A DNA stretch of 63,940 nt, filler included, from an uncultured Methanosarcinales archaeon (GTDB lineage Archaea > Nanobdellota > Nanobdellia > Woesearchaeales > JAGLXL01), in the NCBI GenBank assembly GCA_964472345.1. It is 5 parts of 5 records of this genome, joined end to end, with 100 filler letters (N's around TTAATTAATTAA, not from the genome) between each part and the next. Parts side by side here need not be neighbours in the genome. Positions count along the whole stretch, not along the records: positions 1 to 14,046 come from CAYYLB010000031.1; positions 14,147 to 28,075 come from CAYYLB010000032.1; 3 more parts are not named here. One strand, written 5' to 3'. Positions 9,180 to 19,069 of the stretch are shown in pieces. Position 1 is the stretch's first letter. The number at the start of each line of letters is the position of its first letter. Below the pieces are notes generated by a model that had not been told where the DNA came from, searched no databases, and saw only the letters and a list, made by a program, of their open reading frames with translations. Made by a program: the position numbers and the translations under genes.

Positions 9180-10499
9180 ATGAGAAAGCCTTCCGACAAG
9201 AATCGCCTAATGGAAAGATTGGTTGAGCAAGGCCTGCCGCCGGCAGAGATTGCCCGAAGAGCGGAAGTTTCGTATAGGACTGCGTATGAGCTTGCTGTAG
9301 CGCGACGGAAAAAGTATCCTTCCTACTATGATTATTTGGCAGAGAAGAAAGTTGAATCGGACCCCGAGTTCGTGAAATTTTTAGATGGACAGCCCCCATC
9401 AGGGCGCCTCTACAAAACATATGCATTTCAGCGACAGCTTAAGCGAATGGGTCTTTCACACCCCGAATACAGGGACTCCTTGGCTAAGGGAATGGCAGAA
9501 AAAGACCCGGGGTACAGGAGATTTCTCGGTGAAAGAGGCACGCCCCCTTCACAATGGACACGCAAGCAATATTTACTTTTCAGAGAGGGGACTACAGATA
9601 CTAAGCATAAAGTTACCCTGGCCCGGCGAAAAGCTAAATCAGACCGCTATTTTAAAGCATTTTTGCGAAGGGAAAACATCCAACCATCGGCAGCCACTTA
9701 TGGACAATATCAGGCCTATCAGGCGGCGCAAAGGCAGCAACGGCTTCCAAACAAAATCATAAGCATGGTGATAACCGCGAGGCTCGGCGCATTGGGCAGG
9801 GATCAGAGGTGGCTTGCGCACTACCTTGGGCTCACCGATGCGGCTGTCTCGAGGTATGCCAAGGGCAAAACTACTCCAAGGGGGGGGCTGCAGCCAAGGT
9901 TATTTGAGGCGCTGGAACTGCCATACCAGACGATAGACGCGCTGGTGAAAGATCTCACGGAATGCCCACCAGCGCAACTTGCTGGGAAACTGGGCTCCCT
10001 GGGCATCGCGGAGGGACGTGAGGGTGGGGAAGGACTGGAGGGTATCCTTGATGAAGGCGTTGGAGAGTCGCCAGCAGCGTTGCTCGAAAAAATCCACTCA
10101 AAAGCGAAAAAAGCTGCGGCGGAAAGCAGGCAAGGCGCTAAAGCTTATAGCAGGCAAGGCGCTGAACCGGCACCCATCGACCTGCTCGTGGGCTGGCTGA
10201 TAAGCGCAAAGTCCCGTGCACAAAAAATGACGCCGGAAGAGCTGGCCCGCGAGTTGGGGATACCGGAGATGAAGCTTTATGCCTACATCGGTGGCTGGCT
10301 TCCCAGCGGTAAGATGCAACCACTCCTGTTTAAGGCGCTCGGTTTGCCCTACACCGCGGTTGGCGGGATTGCAGAAGACATTGAACGATACCCGCTGGAG
10401 GCCCTCCTTGAAAAATGGGGGTTAAACGACGAAGCAACTGAGACCATTACTGCATTGAAAGGGCTTCTGGGCAGGTTGAGAGGTAGTGCCCCCTATTGA
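9180..10499 (+). CDS. Multi-HTH protein: N-terminal HTH, three internal repeats, two XRE-like domains
   Basis: GLPPAEIARRAEVSYRTAY; QRWLAHYLGLTDAAVSRYAKGKTTP; TPEELARELGIPEMKLYAY. Confidence 0.75.
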   Translation: MRKPSDKNRLMERLVEQGLPPAEIARRAEVSYRTAYELAVARRKKYPSYYDYLAEKKVESDPEFVKFLDGQPPSGRLYKTYAFQRQLKRMGLSHPEYRDSLAKGMAEKDPGYRRFLGERGTPPSQWTRKQYLLFREGTTDTKHKVTLARRKAKSDRYFKAFLRRENIQPSAATYGQYQAYQAAQRQQRLPNKIISMVITARLGALGRDQRWLAHYLGLTDAAVSRYAKGKTTPRGGLQPRLFEALELPYQTIDALVKDLTECPPAQLAGKLGSLGIAEGREGGEGLEGILDEGVGESPAALLEKIHSKAKKAAAESRQGAKAYSRQGAEPAPIDLLVGWLISAKSRAQKMTPEELARELGIPEMKLYAYIGGWLPSGKMQPLLFKALGLPYTAVGGIAEDIERYPLEALLEKWGLNDEATETITALKGLLGRLRGSAPY

Positions 10500-10661
10500 C
10501 TTTGGGAAGTGGGTGAAGCGGTTTCGATCAGAGTTTTCTTTGGCCTTCTACACGTTGAGATCTCTTCTTTGCGTATGGGTGATGGGTGTTTTTCATAGGG
10601 TTTTTACCAAACCCCGAATATACCCCATTTGATAACTTAAAACCCAAAAGTCCAGATACGA

Positions 10662-11675
10662 GATACTGTCAAATAATGGGGATATTTATATATAAGCTCG
10701 TTCTTTAAAGTCTTAAAAAAGGGGTGCAGACATGGCGTCTTTCAACTGTCCAAAATGCGGCGATGCCGACATTGTGAAAAGAGGAAAAAGAAAAAATAAT
10801 GATAGTGTAAAGCAGAGATACCGATGCAACGGCTGCCGCTCAACTTTTGTTGAGCCAGATGGCTTTGAGCGGATGCGGCACAGGCCTGAAGACATCACGC
10901 GGGCGGTCCATCAGCACAACGATGGGTTTTCGCTTTTTCAGGTTAAGTACCACCTCCACCAGCATGATGATGTGGAAGTGAGCCGTGAAGCAATCAGGCT
11001 GTGGTGTAAAAAATATGGGGTTTTTTTAAAATCCACTCCACAAAGAAGTAAAGCCAAAACTGAAAGGGCGGCAGCACCTTGATGAGAAATACATCAAAGT
11101 GAATGGGGAAGACTGCTATGATTTGAATTGCATCGATGCAAAAACAAAGTATATTACGGCCAATCTCTTCGTGCATAAACGCACAATTAAAAGATGTGTT
11201 AGTTTTCTTTCGCAGATTAAAGAAACATGCTATGAGCAGATACTCGAAATCTACAAAAAAGAGAAACACAAACCAAAAGACAAGAAAAAGCTCATCACGT
11301 TTGTCAGCGACAAATTTTGGAATTACAAAACGGCGTGGAGCATACTTTTTTCTCGCGTTACCAAACTGGTGTTTGGTGTTCCGATCGCCTGCCGCAAATA
11401 CGGATTAAAACACAACAACAATCCAATTGAGCGATACAATGGAAAGACGAAAGACCGAACGAAAGTTATCCGGGGCGGATTCAAAAGTTTTAAAGGAGCG
11501 GAATGCTTTTTGAACTTAAGGCGAGTGGTTCATAATTTTGTGAATCCACATCAAGGACTGGATGGAGGGACGCCATCAGAAGCAGCTGGAATTAAGCTCC
11601 CTTTGGATCGAAACAGGCTTCTAAGCCTTATCAAATTTGTCGCGAGAACCCGTATCCCGAAAAGATGACAGTATC
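10662..11675 (+). mobile_element. Insertion sequence, IS1/IS6-like DDE element, 1014 bp
   Basis: 10-bp terminal IR GATACTGTCA/TGACAGTATC. 9-bp target duplication CAGATACGA at 10653-10661 and 11676-11684. Confidence 0.9.
10732..11668 (+). CDS. Transposase split in two frames: Zn-ribbon/HTH ORF A (10732-11082) and DDE ORF B (to 11668)
   Basis: CPKC...YRCNGC in ORF A. HLDEKY, VSDK and NNPIER in the +1 frame. Confidence 0.85.
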
Positions 11676-11726
11676 CAGATACGAAAAAGTTAATAAAGAG
11701 CATCGCACCTGTATTAGGAAAAAGGG

Positions 11727-14046
11727 ATGAAGATGGGGATAGGACGGCAATTACGGGAGTTTGATGGATTCGCTGCGCTTCTTCTCCCCGGCCAAGGTCT
11801 TGTGGGGCTTGTCGTAGGACAAGAAGTTGGCATCCAAGCGACAGTATCTGCTTGCCAGGAGATTAGTACCAGCGATACCTACAGCCTTACTGTGGATGTC
11901 AGCAATGACAGCAACTGCTTTCGCCTTACTGCGGATAATATTGACCTTGATTGTGATGGGTATACTATCAAGTATGCCAACTCCAGCCAAGGGCAGGGAG
12001 TCGTCGCCGCAAACGTGAAGAACGCAACCATCAGGAACTGTGTCATCATCGACAGCAATGAGTCGAATGCGAACGGAATCGCCATCAACCTGACCAACGC
12101 AAGCGGAAGCGCCGCCGTCAACAACACGCTCCAGACCAACGGGACGAGCAACAACTGGGGCCTGCTGCTCACCCGCTCCGCGAACGCCACCATCGCAAAC
12201 AACACCATCCGGACGCGCGGGAGCGCAGCATCCAACTATGGCATCTATGCGCTCACCGCAGTCAGCGGAAGCCGCTTCACCGGCAATGTCATCACCACCA
12301 ATGGCACGTCTTCGAATTACGGCATCTACTTCGCTGCGGGAGCGAGCAACAACTCCGTCTCGAACAACTCTGTCACTGCCGGAGGAAGGACAAACCTGAA
12401 TGTCGGAATCTTCATTGAGAATGCCATCGAAAACAACGTGAGCCACAATTCTATCGTCGCCAATGGGACGGACAGCAACTATGGGATCACTTTGGGCGGC
12501 AACGCGAACGAAACGCGCGTCGTGAACAACACCATCGCGACCGGCGGCACTTCAGACAGCAACTATGGCATCGTCCTGAGCGGAGGCACCAACTACCGGA
12601 ATGCCATCGCGGGAAACCGCGTCACGACCAACGGGACAACGGCGAACTCAGGGATGCTCATCTCTTCGCTAAGCAACACCATCAGCAACAACACCATCGT
12701 TGCCCAGGGAGCCTCGGCAAGCCATGGGATCGAGCTTGCGAAAGCATCGAACAACAATGTCTTCATCCAGAACAACATCACGGTCAATGGGGCGGAGAAC
12801 TATGGCTTTTACATCGACGGCTCGAACGGCACCGTCCTGAACACGACGGTGTTTTTTGACACGCAGAGGTGGCTCTTCGTGAACTCGCTGTCAGCCAATA
12901 CCACCCTGGCGAACACCACGTTCTGGACGGGGAATGGCAGCATCCGCTTTCATGGCACCATCCTGCTGAACACCTCCGTTGCTGCGGCAAACGCGACGCG
13001 GCAGAACCTCAACGTAACAGTGAACAACGCAAGCATTAATGTCACCAACCTTCCGTCCCTGAACGCCACCGCGACCATCACATTCTTCGGCATCACCTTC
13101 ACCGACCCGCAGCCGCTCGTTGACCCTGAGGATGACGGGAGCTTCACGAGCTGCACCAGCACCACCGACCCTGCCTGTGAGGAGCTCAGCTTCTCGGGCA
13201 ATGTGTTTGTTTTCAACGTAACGCACTTCACCACCTATTCGTCCCAGGATGACACGACAGCCCCTCAAATCAACATCACTTCTCCGGCAAACATGACTGT
13301 TGTTGGAGCAAACTTCAACATCACCGAGAACATCACGGAGAGCAGCCTTGATTATGTTATCTATGAAGTAAAGAATGGCAGCGGCAACGTGTCGCAGTGG
13401 ATCAACCAGACCAACCAGACGGGCATTAAATGGACGAGCCTGATCAGCATCAGCGGGCCGCAGCTGGCGGAAGGCACGTACACCATCGTGAAGAACGCAA
13501 CGGATGCCGCAAACAACGTGAACGTCTCCTCCGTCAATTTCGTCGTCGATACCACCGCTCCTGCCATCAACATCACCTCCCCCGCCAACAACTCCTTAAA
13601 CAACACCAACTTCAACATCAGCGAGAACATTACCGATGCGAATCTCGACTATGTGATTTACAACATCACCAACGGAACTGGAAACGTCACGCAGAACATC
13701 AACCAGACCAACCAGACCATTGACCTCTGGACAAGCCTGATCAACGTCAGCGCGCTTGCAGATGGCACATACAACATCACCAAGCGCGCGGTGGATGCGG
13801 CAGGCAACGCGGCGCAGGCCGTGGTGGGATTCCGCGTGGACGCCACCGCCCCGGCGCTTTCCGGCGCTGCCGCAACCGGCGTCACCAGCAGCAGCGCGGT
13901 GCTTGAGGTGACAAGCAATGAGGCAGCGACGTGCCGGTATGATGTGTCCGACATTGACTATGCGTCCATGACGCTTGCGTTCGACACGACCGGCGGCACC
14001 AGCCACAGCACGCAGGTCGCCGGCCTCAGCGCAGGCACAACCTATG
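11727..14046 (+). CDS. Surface glycoprotein with parallel beta-helix and Ig-like repeats; 3' truncated by contig end
   Basis: NNTI..T.G...NYGI repeats, two DTTAP.INITSPAN Ig domains, many N-x-S/T sequons. Confidence 0.85.
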
Positions 14047-14146
14047 NNNNNNNNNNNNNNNNNNNNNNNNNNNNNNNNNNNNNNNNNNNNTTAATTAATT
14101 AANNNNNNNNNNNNNNNNNNNNNNNNNNNNNNNNNNNNNNNNNNNN
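14047..14146. other. Artificial contig linker (same linker at 28076-28175, 41646-41745, 55200-55299)
   Basis: N44-TTAATTAATTAA-N44, giving stops in all six frames. Confidence 0.98.
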
Positions 14147-14695
14147 CTCACCAGTAGAATCGATTTTTATTCTGCGAGTCTCCTCTACAACCGTATCTTG
14201 GCATTCCCCCCCACCCCTACCACCCACACCAAACTGTAACCCTCGCAGTTTTCCAGCAGTTCCAAATAGATACACTATGCGACCTAGCGCATTGGCCACC
14301 GCCTGCTGGTTCTGCGCCTGGGCGAGCCGGTTGAGCGCGTTGAGCAGGCCTGGATTTTTTCCGTAGGTTTCCTTGAGCTTTTTCGCGTGCTCTTTGAGCC
14401 TTGCCTTGTTTTCAGTTGTGAGGCCTTTTTTTCTTATGTTTTCCGTTGTGTCCGCCAGCTTTGCAAGCTCGGGCTCGCTTTGCTCTTCAGCATAGGTACG
14501 GAGCTGCTCCTCATACACCGCAAGCGAATCTTTCGCCGCTGCAGTCGCCTGGCCGACCCTGTTGAATGGCGCGAACAGGATGAAGAGCAGCACCAACCCG
14601 ACAACCGCGACCAGGGAAACAACGCCAACGATGGCGACGTGAGAGGCATCGTGCTGCCTGTGGTGCGCCGGCTCGCGCTTCGCCTTCCTTGCCAT
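14147..14695 (-). CDS. Membrane-anchored or secreted helical protein, 3' truncated
   Basis: N-terminal hydrophobic helix AIVGVVSLVAVVGLVLLF followed by VGQA. Similar to 21374-22327. Confidence 0.7.
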
Positions 14696-14807
14696 CTCCG
14701 CCTCTCTTTTTGCGATGAGCGCCGTATTTCTCCGGGGTTTAAATCCTTTTCTCCCGCGCGGGCCGGTACGGCGCTGTTCCGGATGCCTTTGAGCCCAGGA
14801 GGAATCG

Positions 14808-16040
14808 TCACCGCGAGAGCATCCACTTCCATGCAGGCAGCACCCGGATCACTTTCTTGCCGGACCGGAGCTCGTCAGACTGGTTGTTGGTGAGGATGAG
14901 CCCTTCCTTCAGCCGGAATTTCTCAAGGGCCTCCGTCAGTCCGCCGATCTCCCTTGCCGTGTTCTCCTCGCTCAGCTCGAAGCAGACCTGGAGCGCGGCA
15001 GTGATCGTCGTCCCCTCCTTCACAACGAAGTCACATTCGCCCTTTTCCCGGAAGTAGAAGATTTCCTTGTGTCTCCGCCTGAGCTCCAGCAGGACGCTGT
15101 TCTCCAGCATCTTTCCCTTGTCCGGCGAGAACGATGCGGACACCGCACGCGAGAGACCCGTATCGATCGCGTAGGCCTTTTTCGGGCTGATGAGCTGTTT
15201 TCTCAGTGCGTAGTCGAATCTCGGAACGGTGAACAGCAGGTAACTGTCCTCAAGATAGGAAACAAACGAAACGACGCTGCTCGTGGAGCCGAGGCCGAAC
15301 GTCTTCCCGAGCCGGCGGTACGAAAACTCCTTTCCGATGTTGGTCAGGAGGAAAAGCGCCATTCCCCGGAGCGTTTTGGCGCTTCTCAGCCGGTGCCGCG
15401 CAACAATGTCCCGCATGATGATGTCATCGAACAGCTCCTGCAGGATGCCGATGTTCCGGACCTTGAGAAACTCCGGAAAGCCGCCGTGCGCAAGGAACGC
15501 TTCAAACGCAGCGATGCCGGGTTCTTTGCGGACAAACTTCAGGAACTCCCTGAATGAGAACGGAAACAGCTCATGCCGCAGATGCCTTCCCGTGAGCCGC
15601 GTTCCCAGCTCCCTGCTCAGGAGTGAGGCGTTAGAGCCCGTGATCACGACGTGCCGTTTCCTGTCGAGCAGGGCCCTGACGAAAAGCTCCCACTTCGCGA
15701 CATTCTGGACCTCATCAAAAAAGTAGCAGTCCGCACTTCCAAACTCTTCGGAGAACACCTCATCGAGCTTCTGGAAATCACCGGCCTCGAAACTCGCGGC
15801 ACGGGGGTCCTCGAAGTTGAAATAATAGAAGTTCCGCAGGTCCCGTGCAATCTGCCGGAGCAGCGTGCTTTTGCCGCAGCGGCGCACCCCTGAGAGGACC
15901 GCCGCAAAGGGGATCCCCACATCGATCTCTTTCCGCTTCTCCCGTTCAACCCCTTCTTCGTAGGAGGCGAGTTCCGCTTTCTGGGCCAGCGCGACTGCCC
16001 GGAGGGTTTCCTTAAGTACCATGCTGTCCGCCGTTGCCAA
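14808..16040 (-). CDS. AAA_14 / DUF4143 family ATPase
   Basis: GVRRCGKST, FFDEVQN, ITGSN, LTGR, GGFPE, ECDFVV...QV. Confidence 0.9.
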   Translation of the reverse strand: MATADSMVLKETLRAVALAQKAELASYEEGVEREKRKEIDVGIPFAAVLSGVRRCGKSTLLRQIARDLRNFYYFNFEDPRAASFEAGDFQKLDEVFSEEFGSADCYFFDEVQNVAKWELFVRALLDRKRHVVITGSNASLLSRELGTRLTGRHLRHELFPFSFREFLKFVRKEPGIAAFEAFLAHGGFPEFLKVRNIGILQELFDDIIMRDIVARHRLRSAKTLRGMALFLLTNIGKEFSYRRLGKTFGLGSTSSVVSFVSYLEDSYLLFTVPRFDYALRKQLISPKKAYAIDTGLSRAVSASFSPDKGKMLENSVLLELRRRHKEIFYFREKGECDFVVKEGTTITAALQVCFELSEENTAREIGGLTEALEKFRLKEGLILTNNQSDELRSGKKVIRVLPAWKWMLSR

Positions 16041-16060
16041 GCTTGTTTATAAATGTTTCC

Positions 16061-16124
16061 ATTACTAATGGACACTTTTGTATTTTGCTAATGGACAATA
16101 GTGTATTTTACTGGCGGACACTTT
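16061..16124. repeat. Three imperfect direct repeats with 23-bp period in a divergent promoter region
   Basis: CTAATGGACA at 16065 and 16088, CTGGCGGACA at 16111. Confidence 0.7.
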
Positions 16125-16191
16125 GCGCCTCACGGGCGCTCAACGGCGGCAGACAACAAACTATTTAAATGACCGGATCTGTGTGATAACT

Positions 16192-16410
16192 ATGGCCGAA
16201 ACGGTGGAACAGCAGATCCTTGATGAAATGCGGATGGTAAAAGGCAAAGTCCTTGAAATTGATCGGGAGCTGCACCGCCTCCGTGAAGAGTTCGAGGATA
16301 CGCACCTCAGCGAAGAAGAGCGGAAGATGCTTGGAGAAGCGCTTGAAGAGGAACGGAAGGGGGAGACGGTTTCTCTTGAACGCCTGAAGAGAGAGCTGGG
16401 CCATGGATGA
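16192..16410 (+). CDS. Probable antitoxin
   Basis: Small acidic protein ending GETVSLERLKRELG, overlapping the toxin start (ATGA). Confidence 0.75.
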   Translation: MAETVEQQILDEMRMVKGKVLEIDRELHRLREEFEDTHLSEEERKMLGEALEEERKGETVSLERLKRELGHG

Positions 16411-16673
16411 CTCTTGCTATTGAGTTTTCCCGGCGCGCCGAAAAATTTCTCAAAAAGGCTGACAGGGTACTTTCCCAGCGGCTGATGAATGCCATCGCAG
16501 GCTTGCAGGAGGAGCCATTTCCGAAAGGCGCTGTCCGTGTGGAGAATGAGCAGTTCGAAAGAGAAAAAGTGTTTCGCGTCCGCGTGGGGGACTATCGGGT
16601 TCTTTATGCCATCAATCGCCAAAAGAATAGGCTTTTGACTGCAAGCATCGATAAAAGGTCCAGAGTATACTAA
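16407..16673 (+). CDS. RelE/ParE family toxin
   Basis: IEFSRRAEKFLKK...FRVRVGDYRVLY...IDKRSRVY. Confidence 0.9.
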   Translation: MTLAIEFSRRAEKFLKKADRVLSQRLMNAIAGLQEEPFPKGAVRVENEQFEREKVFRVRVGDYRVLYAINRQKNRLLTASIDKRSRVY

Positions 16674-16805
16674 CGTGCCGTGGCGCGGTAAAGCCGGTCA
16701 CTTCTGCAAGAATGGAAAAGGTGCAACCGTGAGAGAAGGAGAAAACAGTGATCGCTGTCGTATGCGCACATCATATTTAAATAATCCAAGCGGTTGCTGC
16801 GCTGC

Positions 16806-18332
16806 ATGCTTACCATCGACGAGCTCGCCACCTTCTGCAAGCGCAAGGGATTTGTCTATCCGAGCAGCGAGCTCTACGGCGGCCTTGCGGGATTCTTCGA
16901 TTATGGTCCATTAGGTGTCGAGCTGAAGAACCGCATCAGGCAGGAGTGGTGGCGCACCTTCGTGCAGCAGCGGCCGGACGTGATCGGGCTTGACGGGGCG
17001 CTCATCTCGCACCGGAAGGTGTGGGAAGCCTCGGGGCACGCGACGTCGTTCAACGATGTCTTTGCCGAGTGCACGAAATGCAAGGCGCGGGTGCGCGCCG
17101 ATCATCTCATCGAGGAGCGGCTGAAGCTCAAGGCAGAGGGGCTCTCTGCCGCGGACCTGCAGAAGCTCATTGCGGAGAACGACGTGAAATGCGCAAGCTG
17201 CAAGGGCTCCTTCGGCGAGGCGCGCGCCTTCAACCTGATGTTCCGGACCTTTGTCGGGCCGCGGGAGAGTGAGGAGCATGCCGCCTACCTGCGTCCCGAG
17301 ACGGCGCAGCTGATTTTTGCCGATTTCAGGCTGCTCACGGAAACGAGCCGTGTCAAGCTGCCGTTCGGCGTTGCGCAGGCCGGCAAGGCATTCCGCAACG
17401 AGATCTCGCCGCGCGACTTCCTGTTCCGCTCGCGGGAGTTCGAGCAGCTCGAGATCGAGTTCTTCACGCACCCGAAGAAGGCGGATGCATGCCCGTTGCT
17501 GGATGATGTTGCAGGGCTTGAGCTCAGTTTCCTCAGCGCGGCGGAGCAGGGGAAGAAAAAGGGTTCCGCGAAGAAAATGCCGGTGAATGATCTGGTGAAG
17601 CAGAAGCTGCTTTCGCAGTGGCACGCGTACTGGCTCGCGCAGCAATACCGATGGTACCTTGACCTGGGCATCCGCGCGGAGCGCCTGCGGGTGCGCGAGC
17701 ACCTCAAGGGCGAGCTGGCGCATTACGCGACCGCCTGTTTTGACATCGAATATGAGTTCCCCTTCGGATGGAAAGAGCTCGCGGGCAACGCGGCGCGCGG
17801 GACGTTTGACCTGACGCAGCACCAGAAGGCGAGCGGAAAGGCGCTTGAGCTGTTTGACGAGGCAAGCAAGGAGAAGGTTTTGCCAGCGGTTGCGAGCGAG
17901 CCGAGCCATGGCGTTGACCGGGCGTTCCTTGCATTCGTCGCTGATGCCTACACAGATGACAAGGAGCGCGGCAACGTGGTCCTGAAGCTGCATCCCAAGC
18001 TCGCGCCGGTGCAGCTGGTCGTCTGCCCGCTGGTTTCGAACAAGGAGCCCGTCGTGAAGAAAGCGCAGGAGATCTTCGGGGAGCTGCGGCAGTGCTACGT
18101 TTCGCAGTACGACGCATCCGGCTCCATTGGAAGAAGGTACGCGCGCGCGGATGAGATCGGCGTTCCGCTGTGCCTGACGGTTGACTTTGACACACTCGAG
18201 GATGATACGGTGACGCTGCGCGATCGTGACACGACGAAGCAAGTGCGTGTCAGGGTAAAAGAGCTGCGCGATGCGGTCTACCGGTTTTTGATAGGGGAGA
18301 AGCTGGAGAAGGTGGGAGCGGTCGTTGTGTGA
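16806..18332 (+). CDS. glyS: Glycine--tRNA ligase (alpha2 type)
   Basis: YGGLAGFFDYGPLG, LRPETAQ, FRNEISPR, REFEQ, SIGRRYARADEIG. Confidence 0.96.
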   Translation: MLTIDELATFCKRKGFVYPSSELYGGLAGFFDYGPLGVELKNRIRQEWWRTFVQQRPDVIGLDGALISHRKVWEASGHATSFNDVFAECTKCKARVRADHLIEERLKLKAEGLSAADLQKLIAENDVKCASCKGSFGEARAFNLMFRTFVGPRESEEHAAYLRPETAQLIFADFRLLTETSRVKLPFGVAQAGKAFRNEISPRDFLFRSREFEQLEIEFFTHPKKADACPLLDDVAGLELSFLSAAEQGKKKGSAKKMPVNDLVKQKLLSQWHAYWLAQQYRWYLDLGIRAERLRVREHLKGELAHYATACFDIEYEFPFGWKELAGNAARGTFDLTQHQKASGKALELFDEASKEKVLPAVASEPSHGVDRAFLAFVADAYTDDKERGNVVLKLHPKLAPVQLVVCPLVSNKEPVVKKAQEIFGELRQCYVSQYDASGSIGRRYARADEIGVPLCLTVDFDTLEDDTVTLRDRDTTKQVRVRVKELRDAVYRFLIGEKLEKVGAVVV

Positions 18333-18404
18333 TTCTTCTGTTTGTAGGCAGTACCCCATTTTCTGCGGAAAAGCTTATAAGAGAGGGGCTGCTCTGCAGG
18401 GCAT

Positions 18405-18815
18405 ATGAACATCAAAGACCTCAAGCCTCGGATGGGCAGCGTCAACCTTGTGGTTACCGTAGTTGACAAGGGCGACGCCCGCGAGTTCGACAAGTTCGGC
18501 AAGAAAGGCCGCGTCTGCACCGCAACGGTCCAGGATGAAACGGGAAAGGTCGCATTGACCTTGTGGAATGAGGATGTTGACAAGGTCGGCGTTGGCGATA
18601 AGCTCGAGATGACCAATGGCTGGGTCGGCGAGTACCAGGGCGAGCTGCAGCTGTCTGCCGGAAAGTTCGGCCAGCTGAAAGTGTTGGAGAAAGGCGCTGG
18701 CAAGCCTGCCGAAGCGCCGAAAGAAACGCCCAAGGATGACGGCGAGCCCTCGCAGGCGCCGTACAAGGACGAAGAGATGGTCGAGGACGGCGACAAGGAA
18801 GAGGAGTATTACTGA
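18405..18815 (+). CDS. Single OB-fold ssDNA-binding protein (SSB/RPA-like) with acidic tail
   Basis: IKDL...DETGKVALTLWNE...NGWVGEYQGELQL. Confidence 0.88.
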   Translation: MNIKDLKPRMGSVNLVVTVVDKGDAREFDKFGKKGRVCTATVQDETGKVALTLWNEDVDKVGVGDKLEMTNGWVGEYQGELQLSAGKFGQLKVLEKGAGKPAEAPKETPKDDGEPSQAPYKDEEMVEDGDKEEEYY

Positions 18816-18887
18816 TTCTTTCGAAGGTGACTCCCCCCTAACGCCCCATAAACCTTATAAAGATAGGGGCTGCCGTGCGTGCCACCT

Positions 18888-19006
18888 GGGGCGGTAGCTA
18901 CAGCCTGGGAGAGCACACGGCTGAAGAATGCGTTCCGAAACCGTGGTGTCGTGGGTTCAAAAAAGGCTCAGTTTCGGCTTTGCTTTTGACGCTCCCACCC
19001 GCCCCA
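18888..19006 (+). tRNA. tRNA-Phe(GAA) with two introns (18927-18939 at 37/38; 18962-18992 at 59/60)
   Basis: Acceptor stem GGGGCGG/CCGCCCC, anticodon stem CACGG/CCGTG with CT-GAA-G, T stem GTGGG/CCCAC, TATA box upstream. Confidence 0.88.
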
Positions 19007-19069
19007 TACCACTACTTGCTAGTTATTACCTTAGAAAGATTTATAATCTTGATTTTCTCTCATTGGAGC

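Noticed and set aside
13250..13860. Tandem DNA similarity in surface-protein genes
   Set aside because: Explained by ordinary Ig-domain duplication; no adenine-specific variation of the DGR type was noticed.
14047..14146. Repeated TTAATTAATTAA palindrome within N runs (four copies)
   Set aside because: Artificial contig-joining linker. ORFs ending in XXX-LIN are artefacts.
16061..16124. Possible mini CRISPR array
   Set aside because: The 23-bp period leaves no room for spacers, and no cas genes are present.
16911..18359. Long antisense ORFs (also 30934-32733, 48270-50039, 50006-51700, 62358-63869 and others)
   Set aside because: Shadow ORFs of GC-rich genes that are clearly identified on the opposite strand.
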